In this document: one piece after another, positions 29,377 to 39,161 of the stretch
Position numbering within the stretch: the first letter of the stretch is position 1
Layout: the number at the start of each line of letters is the position of its first letter
From: Dehalococcoidia bacterium UBA6926
GTDB taxonomy: Bacteria > Chloroflexota > Dehalococcoidia > UBA6926
Assembly: GCA_002450835.1 (NCBI GenBank)
Contig: DKAM01000008.1
Span: 10,573 to 74,572, forward strand
Reading direction: 5' to 3'
DNA length: 64,000 nt
Made by a program: the position numbers and the translations under genes
Notes under the pieces: generated by a model
Told to the model about the DNA's origin: nothing
The model's input: the letters and a program-made list of their open reading frames with translations, nothing else
The model's database searches: none

Positions 29377-31673
29377 GTTTAATGCAACTCCGTAAATGGT
29401 TGGTAGTACAGTTAATAATCACGACCCATACTATTCGACACAGCCCAACGAACACTTGGATCACTTGGTTGCTTGCAATATTGGTGAGCACGGTGGTTGC
29501 CTATTCATTTGTTGATGCAAGTTGGGTTCCATCTTTGCCTGGGGTGATTCCTGTGATTGGTTTAAGCGCGTTTTCAGCCCTCGCACTATCTAATACTAGA
29601 AAATTTGTCATAATGCCGCATATAATTTCCCATTCTTTTGGGATATTAATTATTTGCTTATTCGCAGCGTTTACTATTCACGGTACCAGTTTTGAATCTC
29701 AAGTCTTGTCTTTCACGTGGCGTTTAGATTATTGGATTCTGGCTTTGGTAGAAGGAGGGGCAAGTACAGACCGATTACCATTTATAGCTCTTATCTTGTA
29801 TCTTATTTTTTCAGTTACTTATGTTACCTCTTATGTTGCGATCAAGTATAAAAGCGTTTATTCAATAATACCTTCGGGATTTGTATTGATCGCAAATTTA
29901 ACTTATTTGCCAAGAGATTCTGGAAACTGGATGTATTTATATTTAATCGCAGCAGGGACTTTGCTTTCCTGGCTTGTTTTTGTTGGTATGTATACCCGCT
30001 GGAACCGAGAAGGATCAATTTTATCAAAGGGTATAACAAGAAGATTCGTCGTAGCAGGTTTGAGCTATTCAGTATTCGTTGTACTAGTTGGAAGTTTTCT
30101 TCCTTCTATAGATGGAGGCCCAGCCGTGGTTGGTCAAACTTGGAACCGTCTTAGAGCACCGATCAGCCAATTAGAGACTAATTTTACGAGGATATTTGCT
30201 TCTTTACCTGCTAGAAGGGCAATGGCACTTTATTCTTTTGGATCGGATTTACCTTTTAGAGGTAACATTTCATTAACAGATGATGTTGTCATGCACGTCG
30301 AATCTGAATTACCGTTTTACTGGAGAGCTAGGACTTATGATCAATATAATAGTTGGGGTTGGTCAACTAGTGAAACCGTTTCAGAATCAATGGGAACTTT
30401 AGATCCAATAGTGGTGCAGGATAAGTTCAACAAATGCCCAGAATGTATCCATAATGTAACTTTCGAACTTAAATCCCCAACCAAAACACTCTACAATTCC
30501 GGCATTACATTAAGGACGAGTTTACCCGGTGATATTACCTATCTAAAAAAAGATATGGAGCTCAGTGAAAACTTTATCAAATTTGAAAGTGAACGTATCA
30601 TGCAACCGGGTGAGAAATACACCGTACAGATATATGTACCAAAATTTGGCCCAATCGAAAATTTTGGCTCGGAAAATAATTATCCCAACGATGTCGCTAA
30701 TGCTTATTTAAACTTGCCAGATAATTTCCCTACAGCCCTTTCGGATCTTACTAAGGAGATAACTAAAGGGACTAATAATAACTATCAAAAAGCTATCAAT
30801 ATCCGTGATTTTTTGCGGACCAACCTTGAGTATTCTCAAGATATCCCTGCCCCCCCCCCAGGCAAAGATGCAATACAGCATTTTATTTTTGATGAAAAAA
30901 CAGGTTATAGCGATTATTTTGGATCATCTATGGCAGTAATGTTGAGAGCTGCCGATATACCTAGCCGTCTTGCAGTAGGTTACTTGAACTCAGAATATGA
31001 TGAAAAAGAGGATATATATATCGTTCGTGAATCAGGAGCTCATGCGTGGCCAGAAGCATATTTCTCTAATTATGGTTGGATTCCGTTTGAACCAACCCCA
31101 GGAAAAAGAGTAGGAGTTGTGGGTGCTCCTTACTATAATTATGTGGAAGAGCCCGCATCTTTCAATAGAATGAATTTAGTTGATCTTGCAGGGTTTGCTT
31201 TTGAGGATGAAGATCTACTTAGTTCAGATCTCCCGGTAGAGGAATACGCCCCTGAGTCAGTTTATGACACTATATTGGACTCTTTTGAGAAAAGTTCAGT
31301 AATGGTAGGTTTGTTCATAATCGTTTTAGTAACGATAATTATGGTAGTGTCTATTATTGTTATCTGGAGAGTTGTATTTTCCTATCCTAAATCTGTTGAA
31401 TCTGCGTACTTTAAACTAATAAGACTCGGTCGGTTAGCAGGTATTCGGTTAAGATCTGGAGAGACCCCCATTGAATATGCAGATAGACTTGCTAAGGTTA
31501 CCACCGGATCCCTTTCCAGTTATGTCGACCTTATAGTTCATTCGTATGGGGAAGCAATATATTATCGCAATAGCGGCGATCTAAAAATATCCAGTCATGA
31601 TTGGAGCGCTTTGTCTAAAGAATTATTCATTGTAGCTAACAAAAATTTCTTTCGAGTTTTACGTGTGTGGTAA
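29373..31673 (+). CDS. membrane transglutaminase-like protein (TgpA-type) with a non-canonical active site
   Basis: 766 aa with about 6 N-terminal TM helices, a transglutaminase core (GYSDYFGSSMAVMLRAADIPSRLAVGY ... GAHAWPEAYF ... GWIPFEPTP) and a C-terminal TM helix. It overlaps the DUF58 stop. Confidence 0.8.
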   Translation: MSLMQLRKWLVVQLIITTHTIRHSPTNTWITWLLAILVSTVVAYSFVDASWVPSLPGVIPVIGLSAFSALALSNTRKFVIMPHIISHSFGILIICLFAAFTIHGTSFESQVLSFTWRLDYWILALVEGGASTDRLPFIALILYLIFSVTYVTSYVAIKYKSVYSIIPSGFVLIANLTYLPRDSGNWMYLYLIAAGTLLSWLVFVGMYTRWNREGSILSKGITRRFVVAGLSYSVFVVLVGSFLPSIDGGPAVVGQTWNRLRAPISQLETNFTRIFASLPARRAMALYSFGSDLPFRGNISLTDDVVMHVESELPFYWRARTYDQYNSWGWSTSETVSESMGTLDPIVVQDKFNKCPECIHNVTFELKSPTKTLYNSGITLRTSLPGDITYLKKDMELSENFIKFESERIMQPGEKYTVQIYVPKFGPIENFGSENNYPNDVANAYLNLPDNFPTALSDLTKEITKGTNNNYQKAINIRDFLRTNLEYSQDIPAPPPGKDAIQHFIFDEKTGYSDYFGSSMAVMLRAADIPSRLAVGYLNSEYDEKEDIYIVRESGAHAWPEAYFSNYGWIPFEPTPGKRVGVVGAPYYNYVEEPASFNRMNLVDLAGFAFEDEDLLSSDLPVEEYAPESVYDTILDSFEKSSVMVGLFIIVLVTIIMVVSIIVIWRVVFSYPKSVESAYFKLIRLGRLAGIRLRSGETPIEYADRLAKVTTGSLSSYVDLIVHSYGEAIYYRNSGDLKISSHDWSALSKELFIVANKNFFRVLRVW

Positions 31674-31682
31674 CATCATAGT

Positions 31683-32276
31683 ATGAAAGCCCAAACAAAA
31701 TTATTTCTAGAGACTGATATCGGAAACTTTGGTTTTGTGTCTTCTAAGAAAGGCCTAAAAGCCGTTATTGGGCCAGAAGACCAAATAGAGAAGTTAGAAG
31801 ATATTGTATACAAAAATTTTGGGTCTCTAGCTGAAGATCACATTATTTCAGAGGTGCTCGCGCAAGATTTCCGAAAATATTGCCAAGGTTTCATTAAATC
31901 GTTTAATTATGAATTGGACACAGATGGATACACTGAGTTTCAATCATTAGTTTGGGAGCGATTGAGGTTAATACCCTATGGAACTGTGACAACTTATGGG
32001 AAAATCGCGACGGATATAAAAAGGCCAAATTCTGCAAGAGCTGTAGGCCAAGCGGTTGGATCTAACCCATTTATTATTGTTGTTCCTTGTCACCGAGTAG
32101 TTGGAGCTGATGGCTCGCTAACTGGATTTGGACATGGTCTTGATTTTAAGGAACGATTATTGTTGTTAGAAGGTATCGCTGATGCTAGTGCTCAAAAGAT
32201 TAAAACAGAAAACCGTAAAAATTTTAAACCAGCAAAAAGATCTACCAGGACAGAAACTTCGATAAAAAATGTATAG
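31683..32276 (+). CDS. ogt: methylated-DNA--protein-cysteine methyltransferase
   Basis: 197 aa with active-site VVPCHRVV, IPYGTVTTYG and a Lys-rich tail. Confidence 0.9.
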   Translation: MKAQTKLFLETDIGNFGFVSSKKGLKAVIGPEDQIEKLEDIVYKNFGSLAEDHIISEVLAQDFRKYCQGFIKSFNYELDTDGYTEFQSLVWERLRLIPYGTVTTYGKIATDIKRPNSARAVGQAVGSNPFIIVVPCHRVVGADGSLTGFGHGLDFKERLLLLEGIADASAQKIKTENRKNFKPAKRSTRTETSIKNV

Positions 32277-35200
32277 TTAAAGAAGCTGTTTTTGAATAGA
32301 AATTTTTCCCTCACCAAGGATTGCTTCTAGGTGTTCTTCTAGAATTTTACTGAATTGGGCCTTGTGGGGCAGTAAGAGGTCGACCCTTTCTTCTGCAACA
32401 ATTATGTTGAGGTGAATCAAATCTTCGCCCGGGAATTCTCTCAAAGTTCCTAGTATTTTCGTGAGGACAGTAATATCCACATCTTTGTTATCCGTCTCTT
32501 TGAGTTCTAGGGTTACTTTGACAGGGTGGCGAGGTTCATCAGTTTGATTATTTTGGCTGCTATCAAAAATGTTGGATTCGTTCGAGGCATCGGTAGCGAT
32601 TGTTCCCTCATTGTTAGAGACCTTAATTGCGGTTTCATCAGCTTTCTTTACATCGTCATTTTTGTTGTTTTGGGTTACATCTAGTATCTGTACTGATTCG
32701 CAAGATACTGTTAACCTTTCACCTTGTCCTCTTACTTTTCCATAAACTGCCACCGGAGAATTTATGCTCCAAATCTCCTCTGTATTTTTAAGAATATCGG
32801 GCCATACGGTGACCTCCGTCGAGCCGGTTTTATCTTGGATTGTTACACTCATTGCGGTCTGGCCGTTACGGATAGGAAACGTTCGTTTGGATATAACGAT
32901 ACCTACGATACTCACCTTTTTGCCTTGATAAGATTCGCTTAGGGCACTACAACTTATCGTATTGTCGTCGATTTTCTCTGCAAGTAGCTCAAAAGGATTA
33001 TGGGTAAAGTATATGCCCACCATCTCTTTTTCCCAGGTACCCTTCTCTTGTTCTGTAACACTTGTTTGTATTAGGTTAATACCTGGCATATCTATTGCTG
33101 CATCTCCCTCCATCATGTCGAACATAGTACCTTGATTGGAGTCACGCCTCTTAGATTCTTGTATCGATAAATTGAGTATTTTTTCTGCTGATTTTTCGAG
33201 AGTCCCTCGATCCCCTAGATCATCAAGTGCACCCGCTTTGATTAAGCTTTCTAGTCCTCTCCTGTTGAGAGATCGAAGGTCTGCGCGTTCTATAAAATTA
33301 TCTAAAGATTTATAAGGGCCATTATTCTGTCGTTCCTCTATGATCTTCTCAACAGCATTAAACCCGACATTTTTCACTGCTGTGAGACCTGCTCTAATAA
33401 AAGCTTTAGTGTCGTCAAAGCCTATTGAAAAATTGTGATCACTGTAGCTTACAGAAGGAGGTTTCACGTCAATCTCTAAAGCATGGCATTCTTCAGCGAT
33501 AATGCCCATTCTGTCTTGTTGGCCAAGGCTAGCATTAAATAAACAGGTCAAATACTCTGTAGGATAATTTGCTTTAAGGAAGGCTGTTTGGTAGGCAATA
33601 TACGCGTAACTTACACTGTGTGCTTTATTGAATGCATACCCAGCAAAAGGCTCTATTAAGTCAAAAACAGCGGTGGCTTCATTATCTGAGTAACCTTGCT
33701 TAGACGCTCCTTTTATAAACCCGTCTCTTTCTTCTGACATGATGGACAATATTTTTTTACCCATTGCTTTTCTAACGATATCTGCTTGGCCAAGCGTGTA
33801 TCCAGCAAATTTTTGGGCGATTTTGAGTACCTGATCTTGATAAACTATTACCCCGTAAGTTTCAGATAACAGTTCTGCTAGATCTTCGTGGGGATACGTA
33901 ATGGGTATTCGGCCAAACTTAGCATCAATGAATCTTGGTATGTGTTCCATAGGTCCCGGTCGGTAAAGAGCAATCATAGCGGAGATTTCTTGTATATTTT
34001 CTGGTTTTAGCTGTTTAATCCATCTTCGCATTCCAGCTCCTTCAAGTTGAAAGAGACCAGTTGTTTCGCCGGAGCAAAGTAATTCAAAAGTTTTTGGGTC
34101 ATCTAAGGGGATTGTTTTTAAATCGATCTCGATATCGTGAGTTGATTTAATCAATTCACAAGTTCTACCTAGTATAGATAGATTACTGAGACCTAGGAAA
34201 TCCATTTTAAGAAGACCGACTTCTGCTACTGTATTCATATCCCATTGAGTCATAGGCATAGAGTTGTCGGTTCCAGTTCTGGTTGGCCTTTGGAGTGGAA
34301 CCACATTAGATAGAGGTTCTTGTGAAATTACTACGCCTGCGGCATGCGTGCTGGCGTGCCTTGACACTCCCTCCAGTTTCCTTGCAGTGTCGATGAGTTG
34401 TTTTACGTAGGGTCTTTTTTCATAGGCTTCACTTAGCTCATTATTTTCTTCTATTGCTTCTCCAAGAGACTTTGAACTTGTGGTGTTACCTGTATTGTTA
34501 GGTAGTAATCTGGCAATTTCATCTACATCGGAATATGGAATTCCCAGTACTCTTCCTACATCGCGTATTGCTGCGCGTGGACCCAAAGTGCCAAAAGTTA
34601 TGATTTGCGCAACTCTATCTTCACCAAATCGGTCCATTACGTAATCTAAAATCTCATCGCGTCTTGTATCCTCGATGTCCAAATCTATGTCGGGCATTTC
34701 GATCCGTTCAAGGTTCAGAAATCTTTCGAAAACGAGTGAATACTCCAATGGGTCTATGTCAGTAATGTTTAGACAATACAATATTAAGCTAGCTGCTGCG
34801 CTACCTCTAACTCCAATAAGTATATTGTTGTCTCTCGCATATCTTGCTATATCCCAGACTACCAAAAAATAATCAGAGAACTCCATCTCTTTTATTACGC
34901 TTAACTCATATTCGAGTCGTTCTAGTGCGCTTAGGTTGTCATTTCGGTAAAGATCCTTGAATCCATCTCGACAAATAGACTCTAAGTATTCGAAAGAAGT
35001 TTGATTGTCGGGTATATCAATTTGGGGCAGTCTAAGGCGATTGAACTCTAAATCTAATTCGCATTTCTGAGCAATTACTGTTGTATTTTCGATAGCCTCA
35101 GGTACATCTTTAAACAGTTCTCTCATTTCTTCTTCGGACTTTAGGTAGTACGACCCACCGTCCATCTTCATTCGATTGGTATCTTCAAGCGTGGAGTTTG

Positions 35201-35864
35201 TTTGTATGCATAAAAGCACGTCTTGAGCTTGGTCATCTTCAGAATGAACATAATGTAAATCATTTGTTGCAACTAAAGGTATGGACAACTCCCTAGACAT
35301 CTTTATTAATTGGTCGTTAACTGCTGTGAGATCTTCAACAGAATTATGTCTTTGTAGTTCAAGGTAGTAGTCTTCAAAAACCTCTCTATGCCAGATTGCT
35401 GCTTCCCTTGCGTCCTCTAATCGGCCTTCGGTAATAGCTCTTGGGATTTCCGCTGCTAAACAGCCCGATAACGCTATGATACCTTCGCCGTATTGTTTCA
35501 AAAGTTCTCTGTCGACTCTTGGGCGATAATAAAAGCCCTCCAAGTGACTAAGTGTGACTAATTTCAGTAAGTTGTGATAACCCTGTTTATTCTTCGCTAA
35601 TAAAACCAAGTGGTAAGGTTGGTTGTCTCCCGGTAAACGGGAATGTCTTCCCTGGGGGGCAACATAGGCCTCTACACCTATTATAGGCTTTATACCTGCA
35701 GCTTTGGATTTTTTATAGAATTCTACGGCTCCGTATAATGATCCATGGTCAGTCAGCGCAATTGAATCGGAGCCGATTTTTTTTGCTTCTGCAACTAGGT
35801 CAGTTATCTTACATAATCCATCGAGTAGGCTATATTCAGAGTGAGTGTGAAGATGAGTAAACAT
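32277..35864 (-). CDS. dnaE: DNA polymerase III alpha subunit
   Basis: About 1195 aa with a PHP domain (HLHTHSEYSLLDG), polymerase core and OB fold. The ATG at 35864 is the likely start; the ORF track uses a TTG at 35900. Confidence 0.95.
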   Translation of the reverse strand: MFTHLHTHSEYSLLDGLCKITDLVAEAKKIGSDSIALTDHGSLYGAVEFYKKSKAAGIKPIIGVEAYVAPQGRHSRLPGDNQPYHLVLLAKNKQGYHNLLKLVTLSHLEGFYYRPRVDRELLKQYGEGIIALSGCLAAEIPRAITEGRLEDAREAAIWHREVFEDYYLELQRHNSVEDLTAVNDQLIKMSRELSIPLVATNDLHYVHSEDDQAQDVLLCIQTNSTLEDTNRMKMDGGSYYLKSEEEMRELFKDVPEAIENTTVIAQKCELDLEFNRLRLPQIDIPDNQTSFEYLESICRDGFKDLYRNDNLSALERLEYELSVIKEMEFSDYFLVVWDIARYARDNNILIGVRGSAAASLILYCLNITDIDPLEYSLVFERFLNLERIEMPDIDLDIEDTRRDEILDYVMDRFGEDRVAQIITFGTLGPRAAIRDVGRVLGIPYSDVDEIARLLPNNTGNTTSSKSLGEAIEENNELSEAYEKRPYVKQLIDTARKLEGVSRHASTHAAGVVISQEPLSNVVPLQRPTRTGTDNSMPMTQWDMNTVAEVGLLKMDFLGLSNLSILGRTCELIKSTHDIEIDLKTIPLDDPKTFELLCSGETTGLFQLEGAGMRRWIKQLKPENIQEISAMIALYRPGPMEHIPRFIDAKFGRIPITYPHEDLAELLSETYGVIVYQDQVLKIAQKFAGYTLGQADIVRKAMGKKILSIMSEERDGFIKGASKQGYSDNEATAVFDLIEPFAGYAFNKAHSVSYAYIAYQTAFLKANYPTEYLTCLFNASLGQQDRMGIIAEECHALEIDVKPPSVSYSDHNFSIGFDDTKAFIRAGLTAVKNVGFNAVEKIIEERQNNGPYKSLDNFIERADLRSLNRRGLESLIKAGALDDLGDRGTLEKSAEKILNLSIQESKRRDSNQGTMFDMMEGDAAIDMPGINLIQTSVTEQEKGTWEKEMVGIYFTHNPFELLAEKIDDNTISCSALSESYQGKKVSIVGIVISKRTFPIRNGQTAMSVTIQDKTGSTEVTVWPDILKNTEEIWSINSPVAVYGKVRGQGERLTVSCESVQILDVTQNNKNDDVKKADETAIKVSNNEGTIATDASNESNIFDSSQNNQTDEPRHPVKVTLELKETDNKDVDITVLTKILGTLREFPGEDLIHLNIIVAEERVDLLLPHKAQFSKILEEHLEAILGEGKISIQKQLL

Positions 35865-36125
35865 TACCGATACATTCTCCAACCTGATTTGAGCTACCAA
35901 TAAATCATGCTGTTGATTTTGCTTGATTAGCTTTTCTGCATGCCAAAACTACAGCCACTGATAGTATATCTGATTACTATGAGTGGGCTAGTATTATCCT
36001 ACCGAGCTTCTAAGCGTAAAAATGCGAATTAGAGAGTTGGTAAGGTAAGTGTATAGCCGTATCTATAAATATGGATGTCAACTTTGATGTGGGGCTAGGT
36101 CCTTTTACATCTCTCACTTGTAAGT

Positions 36126-36146
36126 AAAAAACATACCACCTATGTT
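36126..36146 (-). terminator. weak rho-independent terminator candidate after clpC
   Basis: The minus strand reads AACAUA-GGUGG-UAUGUU followed by UUUU, about 30 nt after the clpC stop. The stem is short and AT-rich. Confidence 0.35.
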
Positions 36147-36175
36147 GCGCTCATAATTATTGATTATGGCGATGT

Positions 36176-38596
36176 TTAAACCTTTTTAAAACTTAGCGAA
36201 TTTTTTTCCACATCTACGCTAACCTTGTCTCCAGAACTAAATTTTTCAGCTAATATATCTCTTGCCAGAACATTTTCTATATGCCTTTGTATTGCTCTAC
36301 GCAGCGGTCTTGCGCCGTAGGTTTGATCGAAACCTGTGTCGCCCAGCCATTCAATTGCTTTTTCCGATAGCTCTATAGATATATCTCGTTCTGCTAAACG
36401 GGTTTGTAGCTCGGCGACCATTAGATTAACGATGGACAGAATTTCTTTTTTGGATAAAGGCTCAAATATTATAGTTTCGTCGATCCTATTTAGAAATTCT
36501 GGGCGAAATGTTTTCTTCATAGCTTGCTCAACTGATTTTTGTAATTCTGTATATTGCCCATCATTGGATCCAGGCAATAGTCCTATTTTTTCTTTGTTAA
36601 GAATTCCTGTTCCAAGGTTGCTGGTCATTATGATCACCGTATTTCGGAAATCTACTGTGTGCCCTTGGCCATCGGTTAGCCTGCCATCTTCTAATATTTG
36701 CAATAGAGTATTAAATAAATCGGGATGAGCTTTCTCAATTTCGTCAAATAAGATCACTCTATAAGGCCTTCTCCTGACAAGCTCAGTCAATTGCCCCCCC
36801 TCTTCAAATCCTACATACCCTGGCGGTGCGCCAATTAGTTTTGATGCTTCGTGAGGTGTTGAAAACTCGGACATATCGAACCTTATAAGCGCATCTGAGT
36901 CGTCAAAGAGAAATTCGGCTAATGTTTTAGCTAGCTCTGTTTTACCCACGCCCGTGGGCCCTAAGAAAATGAAACTACCTATAGGTCTTTTGGGGTCCTT
37001 TAGACCTGAACGCCCTCTACGGATTGCATCAGATAATGCGGTTATAGCTTTGTGTTGTCCAACAACTTTTTCGTGTAATTCATCTTCCATCCTCATCAAC
37101 CGAATTGATTCACCTTCTAACATTTTTGATACGGGTATGCCCGTCCATTCTGAAACGAGCTGTTCGATATCTTTTTCTACTACTTCGTCCCGAATTTCCT
37201 TTTCCTTTTTCCAATTTTCTAGCTCACTATCATAATTTTCTTGGAGCTGTATGTTTCTTTGCTTTAGTTGTGCGGCTTGTTCAAATTGACCTCTTTGTGC
37301 TGCTGCTTCTTCTTGTATTTGTAATTGCCTGATTATTTGTTCGTTATCTTTTAGGCTTTGAGGAAATGATTCGGCATCGATCCTGAGCCGCGATGCCGCT
37401 TCATCAATAAGATCTATAGCTTTATCCGGCAGATGTCTATCGGCTATATATCTTGCGCTCAGTTTTACCGCCGCTTCTAAAGCTTCTTCTGTAATTTTCA
37501 CCTTGTGGTGTGCCTCATATTTGGGGCCAATTCCTTTCAATATAGAAAGAGCATCTTCTATATTAGGTTCTTCAACGTACACTGGTTGGAATCGTCTTTC
37601 TAATGCGGAGTCTTTTTCGATGTGTTTGCGGTATTCATCTAAAGTCGTTGCTCCCACGGTTTGTAATTCTCCACGTGCTAACGCGGGTTTTAGCATATTT
37701 GATGCGTCGATAGCTCCTTCAGCTGCACCAGCTCCAACAACAGTGTGTAGTTCATCGATGAATAATATTATTTCTCCTTTACCATTACGAACTTCATCAA
37801 GCACATTTTTTAACCGTTCTTCAAATTCACCTCGGAATTTTGCTCCTGCAACTAAAGCTCCCATGTCAAGCGCGAGCACCTCGTGTCCTTGCAATGATTC
37901 TGGTACATCTCCGGCCACGATTCGCTCTGCTAGGCCCTCTGCGATTGCAGTTTTACCTACACCAGCTTCGCCAATAATAACTGGATTATTTTTAGTTCTT
38001 CTGACTAGAATTTGCATTACTCTTTGTATTTCACTCTGCCGCCCGATGACAGGGTCTAATTTCCCTTTTCTAGCTAGGTTCGTTAGGTTAATACTATACT
38101 TTGCTAAAGAGCGATATTTTTCTTCAGCTCTAGGGTCATCTATCCTTGCCTCTCCTCTAACTTCCTGCAGTGCCGCGTAAAGTTGCTCTTCAGAGATGTG
38201 GAATTTTTTGAAAAGGATAGAAATATCTCCTTCTCTTTCTTTGGCCATACTGATTAAAAGATGCTCTATCCCGATATATTCATCTTTTAATCTTGTAGCT
38301 TCAGTTTCGGCATTTTGGAACAGCTCTTGCAGCCTGGGTGTTACAAATATTTGAGTACTGTTGGGAGTAGAGCTTTTTGCTGCCTTGTCTAAACATAATT
38401 GAACCTCTCTCCTTAACATTGATACGTCAATACCGGCTATTTCAAGAATCTCAACTCCTAAGCTTTTGTTTTGTTTCATGATCGCGAGTAGGATGTGCTC
38501 GATATCCCATTGTGTATGGTTCATGCTTTGAACAAGTTCTTGTGAAGCAGCTAACACCTCTTGAGCTTTTTCAGTAAATCTGTCTGGACGCATCAT
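36176..38596 (-). CDS. clpC: ATP-dependent Clp protease ATP-binding subunit, ClpC type
   Basis: 806 aa with two Clp_N repeats and two AAA modules (GEAGVGKTA and GPTGVGKTE). The short middle domain carries a UVR-like motif ([20 protein letters not shown]), and a KIGLL loop lies downstream of the second AAA module. The middle domain is too short for ClpB. Confidence 0.85.
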   Translation of the reverse strand: MMRPDRFTEKAQEVLAASQELVQSMNHTQWDIEHILLAIMKQNKSLGVEILEIAGIDVSMLRREVQLCLDKAAKSSTPNSTQIFVTPRLQELFQNAETEATRLKDEYIGIEHLLISMAKEREGDISILFKKFHISEEQLYAALQEVRGEARIDDPRAEEKYRSLAKYSINLTNLARKGKLDPVIGRQSEIQRVMQILVRRTKNNPVIIGEAGVGKTAIAEGLAERIVAGDVPESLQGHEVLALDMGALVAGAKFRGEFEERLKNVLDEVRNGKGEIILFIDELHTVVGAGAAEGAIDASNMLKPALARGELQTVGATTLDEYRKHIEKDSALERRFQPVYVEEPNIEDALSILKGIGPKYEAHHKVKITEEALEAAVKLSARYIADRHLPDKAIDLIDEAASRLRIDAESFPQSLKDNEQIIRQLQIQEEAAAQRGQFEQAAQLKQRNIQLQENYDSELENWKKEKEIRDEVVEKDIEQLVSEWTGIPVSKMLEGESIRLMRMEDELHEKVVGQHKAITALSDAIRRGRSGLKDPKRPIGSFIFLGPTGVGKTELAKTLAEFLFDDSDALIRFDMSEFSTPHEASKLIGAPPGYVGFEEGGQLTELVRRRPYRVILFDEIEKAHPDLFNTLLQILEDGRLTDGQGHTVDFRNTVIIMTSNLGTGILNKEKIGLLPGSNDGQYTELQKSVEQAMKKTFRPEFLNRIDETIIFEPLSKKEILSIVNLMVAELQTRLAERDISIELSEKAIEWLGDTGFDQTYGARPLRRAIQRHIENVLARDILAEKFSSGDKVSVDVEKNSLSFKKV

Positions 38597-38618
38597 TATT
38601 GGTTCTCCTTGTTATTTG

Positions 38619-38634
38619 ATACACGACTGTGTAT
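38619..38634. promoter_or_regulatory. perfect palindrome ATACAC-GACT-GTGTAT between hspR and clpC
   Basis: A 6+6 inverted repeat with a 4-nt spacer lies inside the 59-nt hspR-clpC spacer, about 23 nt upstream of the clpC ATG. Its function is unknown (operator or RNA hairpin). Confidence 0.3.
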
Positions 38635-38655
38635 AAGGCATTTCTTTGAATCTGC

Positions 38656-38970
38656 CTATTCTTCAATTGTTTTTTCGGTGTTGTTAAGTTCGGATTCTAA
38701 ATATTTGATCCGGTCTTTCATTGTGTTCATCTGTTCGTTCATTTTCATAATTACTTGTACTCCAGCTAGGTTGACACCTAAGTCATCAATAAGAGCCTTT
38801 ATGTTATTAATCATAGTTATGTCCTCTTCACTGTAATACCTGACGTTCCCCCTTGATCTTTGAGGTTTAACCATGCCGTTTCTTTCGTAGTAGCGGAGTG
38901 TTTGGACGTGCAGTCCGACAAGTCTCGCTGCTATCCGTATTGAAAATACTGGCTCTTGTCTATTACGCAT
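38656..38970 (-). CDS. hspR: MerR-family heat-shock repressor (HspR-like)
   Basis: 104 aa with IRIAARLVGLHVQTLRYYERNGMVKPQRSRGNVRYYSEEDI and GVNLAGVQVI, which resemble HspR. Confidence 0.8.
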   Translation of the reverse strand: MRNRQEPVFSIRIAARLVGLHVQTLRYYERNGMVKPQRSRGNVRYYSEEDITMINNIKALIDDLGVNLAGVQVIMKMNEQMNTMKDRIKYLESELNNTEKTIEE

Positions 38971-39161
38971 TAGCTATCACCCTATTTCGCGGATATTAAT
39001 ATGATTAAATTGTTAACTTATATTCAGCGTTATAATCATAAAAGGTGATAATGAGATTGTCAAGAAATATAATTATCTGTTTGGTATCTAAAGCTGTAAA
39101 ACACCCTAATTTACGATAAGCTATACCCATATGATTGAATTACTTGATAGGGGTTTATGAG

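Noticed and set aside
32277-32790. The C-terminal region of DnaE after the OB fold, including an Asn/Asp/Ser-rich low-complexity linker, considered as an unusual extension.
   Set aside because: DnaE proteins normally carry a C-terminal tau-binding domain after the OB fold. Only the linker composition is unusual, and that is not informative.
35901-36125. The non-coding gap of about 225 nt upstream of dnaE, examined on both strands for a structured RNA (SRP RNA, 6S, RNase P, riboswitch).
   Set aside because: It has no conserved cores, no extended GC-rich helices and no repeats. It is most simply the dnaE promoter region plus the clpC 3' end.
37503-38180. Long antisense ORFs, including the 225-aa ORF opposite clpC. 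Similar ORFs lie opposite trpD (4904-5329), the R3H ATPase gene (18478-18936), hisF (41777-42226) and valS (60517-60930).
   Set aside because: They lie wholly inside well-supported genes on the other strand. Their composition is low in complexity and rich in Ser, Pro and Ile, and they carry no motifs. They are typical shadow ORFs.
36176-38596. An initial call of this two-AAA Clp ATPase as ClpB, because of the adjacent HspR-like regulator.
   Set aside because: The middle domain is about half the ClpB length and contains a UVR-like motif. An IGL tripeptide sits where ClpP-docking loops occur. ClpC type fits better.
38971-39161. A search for the canonical HspR operator (HAIR, CTTGAGT-N7-ACTCAAG) upstream of hspR.
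   Set aside because: No match was found. Only AT-rich near-palindromes are present (for example TTAAT-ATG-ATTAA), and these are expected by chance in AT-rich spacers.
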